64,000 bases of DNA, from positions 85,374,001 to 85,438,000 of the forward strand of contig OX597822.1 in the NCBI GenBank assembly GCA_951406725.2, given 5' to 3'. This DNA comes from Octopus vulgaris. Taxonomy: Eukaryota. Under the pieces are notes generated by a model. It was given only the letters and a program-made list of their open reading frames with translations, had not been told where the DNA came from and ran no database searches. Positions 55,201 to 64,000 of the stretch are shown one piece after another (positions within the stretch are counted from its first letter, which is position 1; the number at the start of each line of letters is the position of its first letter). The position numbers and the translations under genes were made by a program.

Positions 55201-55387
55201 CTCCCTTTTTTTCTCTCCCCTCTTTTCTTTCTACCTCCTTTTCTCTAATCACGTGAACGCGACATTGCTAAGTTACGCAATGTCAATCAAAATTATTATA
55301 AGATGCGTGCGTGTGTCTGTGTGTATGTATGTATGTATGTATGTATGTATGTATGTATGTATGTATGCACGCGCGCATCCACACATA

Positions 55388-55856
55388 CCGTTCCTCTGTG
55401 CCCTAAGTTGGGCTTTAAACTGCATCCGGCCGTGGGACTCTGGTTCAGGAGTTCCATAGTTTGAGGAATGTGGAACCACCCTTTGGCCACTACTGTTCCC
55501 AGGGTAGGAACACTCGTTAAGGTTTCAGCATATGAGGGTTGAGGCGTAGAAATACTCGGGTTGGAGTCCGAGGGTGCAGTAAGTCAAATGGGAATGAAGG
55601 ATCCCTGATCTTTGAATGAGGGATCCCTGATCTTTGTGAAGGAATCTCACTAGGAGAAGATTAACTCGTATATAAAACCTGCTGCTCTACCGTGCCGGAT
55701 ATCTTGAACTTTGCTAGTCTGTGAGTTTCTTGATATTGCTGGTGAGAGTCGTTGTGATTTTATAAAACCGCACTCGACTTAAAACTTTTGCACAGCCGTT
55801 GATGACACACTTAACAGCAATAGTCATGTTCGTCTAACGAGTAGACGGCCATCATG
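55388..55856 (+). mobile_element. Putative non-autonomous bipartite RTE derivative (5'UTR-like + 3' tail)
   Basis: GGAGAAGATTAACTCGTATATAAAACC resembles an RTE 5'UTR motif; ends AATAGTCATGTTCGTCTAACGAGTAGACGGCCATCAT followed by ATGC/ATGT repeats like the other RTE tails; no ORF. Confidence 0.5.
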
Positions 55857-55944
55857 CATGCATACATGCATGCATGTATGTATGAACGTATGCCTGTATG
55901 TATATATGTATGTATGTGTGTATGCGTGTATATATGTATCGCTG

Positions 55945-56272
55945 ATACACCTTTCGGTTATGACTGACCATGGGATTGCACCTCGAAAGTCACCCTCCCA
56001 GGTACAAGTCCAGGAAAAGTTGTTTATGGAAGACCAGCAGTCGCCCATGCATACCAGCCTCCCCTCTCCACGCCACCAGTGTTATTCAAGGGAAAGGCAA
56101 AGGCTGATACAGCTTGGCACCTGTGACGTCGCAACTCATTTCTACAGCTGAGTGAACTGGAGCAATGTGAAATTAAGTGTCTTGCTCAAGAACACAACAT
56201 GCAGCCCGGGTTTTGAACTCACAACCTCACGATCGTAAGCTCGACGCTCTAACCACTGAGCCATGCGCCTTC
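55945..56272 (-). mobile_element. tRNA-head SINE (family 3-related) with RTE/BovB-like 3' tail
   Basis: Minus strand A box TGGCTCAGTGG, B box GAGTTCAAAAC, central TGTGTTCTTGAGCAAGACAC..CACTCAGCTG, tail GGTGCAATCCCATGGTCAGTCATAACCGAAAGG. Confidence 0.8.
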
Positions 56273-56318
56273 ACAGTGTATGTATACACGCAAGTATGTA
56301 TGTATGTATGTATGTATG

Positions 56319-56352
<34 letters not shown>

Positions 56353-56373
56353 TGTATGTATGTATGTATGTAT

Positions 56374-57333
56374 GGCAATGTGGATGATGAAATTCCATAT
56401 AGAATTAGGAAAGCAAGTGTTGCTTTCGGAAGGCTAGAAAAGCGCTTCTGGAGTTGGCGAGACATATGCAGAAAGACAAAGATAAAGGTGTACAAGGCAT
56501 GTGTGCTCCCTTCTATTCTCTATGTCTGCGAGACGTGGGTCACATATCGATACCACCTTAAACAACTGGAACGTTTCCATCAGATGTGCCTCAGACGGAT
56601 CTATGGTATTAAGTGGAAGGACCGCATCAGTGATCTTGAAATACTCGAAGGCTCTCGGTGTGAAAGTATAGAAGCTCTTGTGTTAAAGCAAAGGCTCAGA
56701 TGGAGTGGTCATCTGGTCAGAATGAAGGATCCAAGGATGCCAAAACAACGCTTTTATGGGGAGTTAGCTAAAGGAGAACGACCTCCACATAAACCAAGAA
56801 AGAGGTTTAAGGACTTGCTGAAGGCTTCCTTAAGAGATGCTTGCATCTCTCCTGATACATGGGAAGGCATAGCTATTGATCGTAGCAGGTGGAGAAGGAT
56901 TGTGCATGAGGGGACTGCCACGTTTGAGAAATCTCGAGTTGCACATGAGAAAGTAAGGAGGGATGTCAGGAAGGGCATCGCTGTTACACTTCCAGAAGGG
57001 AAGGGTCTTCCTTTGATTCTGACATGCAATGTCTGTGCAAGACCTTGCCTCAGTAAAGCTGGACTCATGAGTCATCTTCGTATTCATAAAACGAGACAGA
57101 TGAGTGACAACTTGGCCACTGGTGGTGGTGTAACACACCATACTAATCATATCTGTCAGGCATGTGGAAGAGAGTGTAATTCGGCAGGAGGACTTAAACG
57201 ACATGCAAAGGTACATGAAGCCCAGTTACAACTACAGCCGGCTATTACCAGTAAAGGTTTTAGTTGTCAATATTGTACAAGACATTGTAGATCTTTAGCT
57301 GGGCTAAAAAGTTACATTCGATCACAGCACTAG
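56374..57333 (+). CDS. C-terminal part of RTE-clade ORF with three C2H2-like zinc fingers (5'-truncated)
   Basis: DDEI.YRI.KAS.AFGRL, TKIKVYKACVLPSILY.CETW, RLRWSGHLVRM.D.RMPKQ.FYGEL, RKRFKD; CNVC..HLRIH, CQAC..HAKVH, CQYC..YIRSQH; upstream part of the called ORF is microsatellite read-through. Confidence 0.88.
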   Translation, partial: GNVDDEIPYRIRKASVAFGRLEKRFWSWRDICRKTKIKVYKACVLPSILYVCETWVTYRYHLKQLERFHQMCLRRIYGIKWKDRISDLEILEGSRCESIEALVLKQRLRWSGHLVRMKDPRMPKQRFYGELAKGERPPHKPRKRFKDLLKASLRDACISPDTWEGIAIDRSRWRRIVHEGTATFEKSRVAHEKVRRDVRKGIAVTLPEGKGLPLILTCNVCARPCLSKAGLMSHLRIHKTRQMSDNLATGGGVTHHTNHICQACGRECNSAGGLKRHAKVHEAQLQLQPAITSKGFSCQYCTRHCRSLAGLKSYIRSQH

Positions 57334-57388
57334 TAACAGTTAAGCTTCGTGCAATGGCCATACTCGATAACATGGGGCAGCCATAATG
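56374..57388 (+). mobile_element. 5'-truncated RTE LINE within (ATGT)n
   Basis: (TATG)n at 56295-56373 and (ATGT)n from 57386; 3' end ATGGCCATACTCGATAACATGGGGCAGCCATAATGTATG. Confidence 0.88.
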
Positions 57389-57461
57389 TATGTATGTATG
57401 TATGTATGTATGCATGTATGTATGTATGTATGTATGTATGTATGTATGCATGTATATGTAT

Positions 57462-57630
57462 GATTGACCGCTAGCTACTAAAGCTTTCTCTTTTTATTCA
57501 ATCTCTGTTTATTTTCTCATGTTCCTTTCTGTTGAAGAGCGCAGGCTCGAAACGTAAAAGATTTTCTCACCTTCCTGAGCGTTAAATTAATACACCTGTT
57601 TGTTGTTTACACACCTGTCTTCGTTTTATA
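57462..57630 (+). mobile_element. HHR-bearing element family B
   Basis: CTTT-CTGTTGAA-GAGC(GCAG)GCTC-GAAA-CG-TA-AAAG at 57525-57561; ends in (TA)n. Confidence 0.7.
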
Positions 57631-57812
57631 TATATATCGTTTCCTCGCTTTTGCCTTCCTCCCTTTCTTTTTCTCTTTCTTTCCATCTCTAATACTTTAC
57701 TTCTTCCTTCATTGTGACTTTCTCTCTGTCTTTCTCTACAGGACATTTTCATTTCCCCTTGCATTATCCCATGTCAGTCTGTCTTGCTGCAGCACAATTT
57801 TTTGGTGTATAT

Positions 57813-58186
57813 ACTCTTTTACTCTCTTTTACTCTTTTACTTGTTTCAGTCATTTGACTGCGGCCATGCTGGAGCACCACCTTTTAGTACTTATTCTATC
57901 GGTCTCTTTTTGCCGAACCGCTAAGTGACGGGGACCTAAACTCACCAGCATCGGTTGTCAAGCAATGCTAGAGGGACAAACACAGACACACAAACACACG
58001 CATACATATATATATACATATATACAACAGGCTTCTTTCAGTTTCCGTCTACCAAATCCACTCACAAGGCATTGGTCGGCCCGGGGCTATAGCAGAAGAC
58101 ACTTGCCCAAGATGCCACGCAGTGGGACTGAACCCGCAACCGTGTGGTTGGTTAGCAAGCTTACCACACAGCCACTCCTGCGCCTA
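57813..58186 (-). mobile_element. SINE family 1
   Basis: Near full-length reverse copy with AGTAAAAG tandem tail. Confidence 0.88.
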
Positions 58187-58399
58187 TATGTATATTTTAT
58201 TTTATGTTTGTTTTTGTCATTGTCATGCACATTCGTTAGCTATTCCCAGTAGCTTTTCGCCACTGGAGCCACTAAAAGTAAATAATATCAACGTTAAAGG
58301 CGCAAAATTGTAATGATATTTTGGACGTGGACTGATGAGGAGTAAGCTACGAATTTTCTGTTATGTTTTTGCAAAATTTTCCATTTGTTGTGTTTTTGT

Positions 58400-58435
<36 letters not shown>

Positions 58436-58532
58436 ATAAAACGGTAAGATAACAAAAGAAAGAAAGAGACCTCAATATTATGTAAATAGAGGAAATTTAT
58501 CTATACAATATGTTACATTACTCGGTAGTCAA

Positions 58533-58593
58533 GATAAAACTCTGAGTTTCAGATGCCGAAGTGGAAATCCACAACACCATCTCTTCGGTTATC
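58533..58593 (-). ncRNA. HHR-like motif in PLE2 terminal repeat (U4C core)
   Basis: GATAA-CCGAAGA-GATG(...)CATC-T-GAAA-CTCAGAG-TT-TTATC. Confidence 0.7.
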
Positions 58594-58788
58594 TGGCTAT
58601 TTGAAAACGTTATGAAAAAATACCGTTAAAAATGAAGGGAAATTACTCTGTTATAACTCTGCTTTGCCTGCGTACTTATACATCGCTCGCATTTTTCGTC
58701 ATAAAAATTATATAAAAATACATAAAAATATATAAAAATATATAAAAATATATAAAATCTTCTTGGGACATAACACAGAAAGCATGTT

Positions 58789-60135
58789 CTATCCGTTTTC
58801 TTTAGGGGACCAAAAACGTAACAGAAATTTAGTCACATGTGGGCATGATCCGAAAAGCTCTGTCCTTGTATTTAGACATGTGGTAGGGTCTAAGCTGCTT
58901 TTCCAGATAAGCCATCTCTCCATGTCGCATAAACCGCACCTTCCGCTGCCGTTAGTATAGGGCTTACATCTGGCCAAAATCTTCCATTGTATGTTATAAT
59001 CGACACCTTTATCTCTTAAAGACCAAATATGATTGGATAATTGTGTCGCTTTTCTTTTGTTCCAGTGCCTAAAGCTCAAAGTGTGGTTATTGAACCTGGC
59101 CTTGAAATTACCCTCTGTCAGGCCCACGTATTTCTTCGTCGAAACGGTGTCTTTAGTGGTTATAGAGTTTACGGTAGCTTCATATATGATGGTCTTGGAC
59201 ATGCAAGCTCCATTTAGCGGGCACAATTCTTTATTCCTGCATGAACAGCTGTTTTCTTCTTGTGTTTTTTGTATGTTATGATTGTTTATGTTTTTAAAAT
59301 TGGTAGTTGAACTAAAACTAATTTTTAAATTGTGTCTATTGAAGAGTTTCCTATAAGCATGGTTAACTGGAAAATGTCTATCTATCAGTGCTAGGAAATA
59401 TTTACCTATATTGAAGGCCACCTCGGGTGAGTAAGGGGGCGTAAACCAGATGACCTTCCTATTTCTATTATTCCTTTTCCTTATTGTTGGGCTGGTGATA
59501 GGTGTATATTTTATTTTTTCGCTAAAACCACTATCTTTTAAAGCTTTATTATAAACTGGGGCAACGCTATTGAAGATGTCCTCATTAGATGAGAGGCTAG
59601 AAATCCTCTTACTAATATTTTTAACTAAATTTTTGAATACTATAGGGGGATGGCATGAACCTACATTAATATAACTTAGTCTATCATTGGGCTTCCTATA
59701 AGGCTTATAAATATCATTATTAAGATCTAAGGAAACGTCTAAGAAATTGACAACCGTCAGGTTAGTGTCTATAGTTATACTAAGTCCGAAGTGTTTCATT
59801 AACTGGATAATATCCTTCCTAAAACGATCTTGTGCTGGTCCATTTGTATTAGCTGTTAAGGCGAGGGCATCATCTTTGTAGATGGCGAAATGTACGTTAG
59901 GGAATGTCTTACTGAAGGTATCTAGGAGAAAGAGTCCAATTAGATCACAGATGCCTGCCCCATCATATGAACCCATGCTCACATCGAAAGCGCCCTCCGT
60001 GTCGGTGTTTTTTACCCACTTTGCATTCTCACTGAAAAGTAATGTCTTTCTAGCATGGAAGATTATATCCTTATCATTGGTACTAATTTCTATGAAGTCA
60101 CTAGCGAAGATTAGGGCTTTATCTAGCAGTTCTTT
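58789..60135 (-). CDS. Penelope-like RT + GIY-YIG endonuclease (5'-truncated; clade distinct from PLE1)
   Basis: Frame open upstream of the called start (SKELLDKALIFA..HARKTLLF..FDVSMGSYDGAGICDLIG), YKDD, NFLDV, CSCRNKELCPLNGAC, IIYEATV..YVGLTE..FKARFNNH, CGLCDMER. Confidence 0.92.
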   Translation of the reverse strand, partial: KELLDKALIFASDFIEISTNDKDIIFHARKTLLFSENAKWVKNTDTEGAFDVSMGSYDGAGICDLIGLFLLDTFSKTFPNVHFAIYKDDALALTANTNGPAQDRFRKDIIQLMKHFGLSITIDTNLTVVNFLDVSLDLNNDIYKPYRKPNDRLSYINVGSCHPPIVFKNLVKNISKRISSLSSNEDIFNSVAPVYNKALKDSGFSEKIKYTPITSPTIRKRNNRNRKVIWFTPPYSPEVAFNIGKYFLALIDRHFPVNHAYRKLFNRHNLKISFSSTTNFKNINNHNIQKTQEENSCSCRNKELCPLNGACMSKTIIYEATVNSITTKDTVSTKKYVGLTEGNFKARFNNHTLSFRHWNKRKATQLSNHIWSLRDKGVDYNIQWKILARCKPYTNGSGRCGLCDMERWLIWKSSLDPTTCLNTRTELFGSCPHVTKFLLRFWSPKENG

Positions 60136-60238
60136 AGAAAAATGCGAGCGATGTATAAGTACGCAGGCAAAGCAGAGTTATAACAGAGTAATTTCCCTAT
60201 TTTTAACGGTATTTTTTCATAACGTTTTCAAATAGCCA

Positions 60239-60296
60239 GATAACCGAAGAGATGGTGTTGTGATTTCCACTTCGGCATCTGAAACTCAGTTTTATC
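60239..60296 (+). ncRNA. HHR-like motif, inverted copy at PLE2 5' junction
   Basis: GATAA-CCGAAGA-GATG(...)CATC-T-GAAA-CTCAG-TT-TTATC. Confidence 0.65.
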
Positions 60297-60322
60297 GTGT
60301 ACCGAGTGTGTGTGTATTGTAT

Positions 60323-60410
<88 letters not shown>

Positions 60411-60429
60411 AATATATTTTATTTTATTC

Positions 60430-60792
60430 TTTTATTTATTTCAGTCATTTGACTGCGGCCATGCTGGAGCACTGCCTTTAGTCGAGCAAATCGCCCCCAG
60501 AACTTATTCTTTGTAAGCCTAGTACTTATTCTATCGGTCCCTTTTGCTGAACTGCTGGATTACCGGGACGTAAACACACCAGCATTGATTGTCAAGCGAT
60601 GTTGGGAGAAAAAACACAGAAACACAAACATACATACACACATGTATATGTATATATATATATACACACACACGACATGCTTCTTCCAGTTTCCGTCTAC
60701 TAAATCCACTCACAAGGCTTTGGTCGGCCCGAGGCTATAGTAGAAGACACTTGCCCAATGTGCCACGCAATGGGACTGAACCCGGAACCATG
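60430..60792 (-). mobile_element. SINE family 1 (head-truncated)
   Basis: Reverse-complement family 1 match. Confidence 0.85.
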
Positions 60793-60837
60793 GGGTTGTA
60801 TATAATTAACATGCATATACATACACGCACACACAAA

Positions 60838-60888
<51 letters not shown>

Positions 60889-60909
60889 TATATATATAGA
60901 TATAGATAC

Positions 60910-60946
<37 letters not shown>

Positions 60947-60959
60947 TAGATAGAGAGAG

Positions 60960-61020
<61 letters not shown>

Positions 61021-61047
61021 TACGCACACATACATACATACAGACAT

Positions 61048-61085
<38 letters not shown>

Positions 61086-61171
61086 TGAATCAGCTATAAT
61101 ATACAAAGCAATATAAAATATTATTTAACAGACATAACCATCAAAAGTTATGCAACATGATCGTTTACAAA

Positions 61172-61497
61172 CGGAGACAAATAATCGCAAGATAAATGGA
61201 CAACAAAATATGAAAACTTGAACCGCAAGCGAAGGACCGCCCTCCAGCCGCGAGACAAATTAACCTCAGAGAAATGATCCGCAGACAAATTAGCCCCCGT
61301 GAAATGATCACTAGAACAAAACCAATCAAAACCAATCAACGAGACCGCAGACAAATGATAAACCAGTGAAATAAACCGCAGACAAATGAACAAACAAGCA
61401 AATAATAAGCAGTCAAATGAACGCAGACAACAGAACACCAGTGAGAACAACAACAGCAGACATTCAAACAGCAGACGACAACTATGGCAGCTCTCCG
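61172..61497. repeat. Dispersed-motif array of (C)GCAGACAAATGA-like units
   Basis: About 8 degenerate GCAGACAA(ATGA) motifs; ends CGGAGA ... TCTCCG are complementary. Confidence 0.55.
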
Positions 61498-62162
61498 ACC
61501 AGTGTTCTGTCGGCATCTTCTGACTAGCTACAGTCCATAATATTACACAACACCTTCGCTTAACCACACTGCTGAATTTTTAACTTATTTTACTTAGATC
61601 CAAAACGTTTATTTTGTTTCATTTCCAACGGCCGCTTTCTTTTAATTTTTCGTTCTTTTTATTTATATAATGTTTTGTTCTTTTGTTTTGTTTCGCGCTT
61701 GTTTTCTCTCTTTGTTGTTTATTTGTTTATTCAATGCATCATTCGCTTTATTTCTTCCTTTTTCTCTGAAATTATTATATTTTGTTTTGTTTTATTGGTT
61801 AGCGGGGAGGTGAGATGAAGTGGCGGTGGGATCTAATGTTGATTTCTTTCTTTGGTGGTTGCGTTTATTTCCGGCTGGTTCTGCCGCCGACGCGTGTTCG
61901 AATGCAAATGGCACGTGGCCGTGTCATTTTTGAGTCGGGATTTAACGGCAAAACGACAGTAGGGTGGGGCAAACTGGAGGCAACAATTGCAGGTTGGAAA
62001 TGGCAGTGCGACAAACGGTAGAGGGAGCAGGGGATGGGAAAACGGGGCGAGAGAAAGCGAGAGAGAAAAGGCATTGATTTCTTACATGTAAAATTGATTT
62101 TTAGAAAAGAGAAAGAAATAAGAACTGGAAAGAGAAAGTGTTCATGTGTATGTCTTTGAATC

Positions 62163-62234
<72 letters not shown>

Positions 62235-62834
62235 GGGATATGTTTGAAGTTGGCGGAAAATTTTGAAGAAAAATTTGAAGAAAATTACGAAATAACGAAA
62301 ATTAATGAAAGAAAATTATAGTGATACAATATTGAGGACGGGAGGGTGAGATAAGAATGAAAGAGGATGGGGTGGAGACGTGTGTGTGTGTGTGAGTGTG
62401 TTTGTGGTGTGTGTGTGCAGGTGAGCTTGTGTGCAATGCTGCGAAAGTGTGTCTGAGTGTGTGAGCGGGTGTGTGTTTGTACACATGTGCGTAGGTGAGC
62501 TTGTGTGCATTCGTGTGTATATGTGTCTCTGAATATATGTGTATGTATGAGATATGTGTGGGGTGGGGGTGGGGTGAGAGTGTACTCATGTGCACAAGTG
62601 TGTGTGTGTGTGAAGCTGGAAACAGATCTGTGTTGAAAGTTCTAGAAATAATCGCAGTCGATAGCAAAATAAAATTAGAGAAAGGGCGAGAGAGAACGTG
62701 AGAGTAAGAGTGAGGGAAGGGAGGGAGAGTGTGAGAGAAGGAAGAAGAATGAGAGAGAGGGAGGGAGGGAGGTAAAGAAGGCAGAAATGGGGGAAACGAG
62801 TTGAATGGATGTGTGTGTGTGTGCGTGTGTGTGT

Positions 62835-62873
<39 letters not shown>

Positions 62874-63064
62874 GAGGACAATAAAGAATACGAAAACAAC
62901 GAAAAGTTTTGTCGTAAACGGGAGAGAGAGAGGGGGAGGAAAGGATTAACACACGTACACACATAAATATATGTATATATATATATATATGTGTATGTAT
63001 ATGCAAGAAGCGAATATGCACACACACACACACACGCACTATGTGTGCATATGTGTCTATGAGT

Positions 63065-63105
<41 letters not shown>

Positions 63106-63592
63106 GGTTCATCGCACACATACACACACACATGGTTACATGAATACACATGTAACGAGTGTCTTGCACACACACACACACACACTCACACAATTACATG
63201 TGTGTGTATAAGAAAAAGAGAGGAATGTATGTGCGTGCGTGTGTGTGCGTGCGCGTTTGTGCGTGCGTATGCGCGTCTATGTATGTAAGTGTGTGAGTGT
63301 GTTCGCGCGCGTGTATGCGTGTATGCATATAGGTGTTTGTGCGTATGTTTGTGCATTTTTGTGTGCGAGAGAGAGAGAGGAAGTGAGTGAGTGAGTGTGT
63401 GTGTGTATGTGCACGCACGCGTGCGTGCGTGCGTGTGCGTGTGTGAGAGAGAGAGTAAGTTTGTGTATGCGCGCGCGTGTACTAGTGCCAAACTGATTAT
63501 TGCTCTTTCCTTCATACTCAAACCTTTTCGCTCTGTGAAATTCTTCAGACGATGACAAAAAATTTTTAAATTATTCTTTTTGTCGCAGAAAA

Positions 63593-63625
<33 letters not shown>

Positions 63626-64000
63626 AACACGAAAAGAAAAACTGGGAAGAATGACAGAAAGTAATTAAGTTGAAGCTTTCCCTCTCTGAAGAGTCAAACA
63701 CATACATACATACATACATACATACATACATACATACATACATACATACATACATACATACACGGCACACGTACATACATACATACATACATACACACAC
63801 ACATACATACATACATACATACATACATACATACATACATACATGGCACACACACATACATACATACATGGCACACTACATACATACATACATACATACA
63901 CACACATACATACATGCATACATACATACACACACATATATACATACATATATACATACATACAAACATGCATGGCACACACTCATACATACATACATAC

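Larger units (their letters stand above)
58433..60308 (-). mobile_element. 5'-truncated Penelope-like element 2 with inverted terminal pLTR copy
   Basis: ~175-bp inverted repeats 58519-58697 / 60137-60308 bracket the RT+GIY-YIG ORF; (TA)n at or near both ends. Confidence 0.92.

Noticed and set aside
61172-61497. CRISPR-like repeat-spacer appearance
   Set aside because: Repeats are short and degenerate, spacers irregular, no cas genes, eukaryotic context

Overview
Repeat-dominated eukaryotic (animal) genomic DNA with no recognisable intact host gene. The SINE families and the very high (TA)n/(CA)n/(TACA)n/(GATA)n load suggest a cephalopod such as Octopus (inference). Almost all entries in the ORF track are microsatellite artefacts. 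The real coding remnants are all from transposons. They comprise two 5'-truncated Penelope-like elements (PLEs; RT + GIY-YIG; 26460-28544 and 58433-60308) plus PLE fragments, RTE-clade LINEs (one ending in three C2H2-like zinc fingers), R4/Dong-like and HERO-like REL-endonuclease LINE remnants, a decayed mariner and Tigger/pogo remnants. Non-coding repeats include several MITEs and more than 25 tRNA-derived SINE copies. The most interesting layer is RNA. At least 11 hammerhead-ribozyme (HHR)-like motifs are readable: in both PLE termini (shared non-canonical CCGAAGA core), in a solo PLE-like terminus (canonical core), and in two families of ~170-210 bp non-coding elements next to (TA)n tracts, one with a consistent A6U core. 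Each retroelement class also pairs with its own microsatellite (PLE/HHR elements with (TA)n, RTE with (ATGT)n, R4-like with (TACA)n or (TAA)n), and PLE-type ends repeatedly show snap-back inverted repeats. Coordinates were read by eye and are approximate to a few bases.
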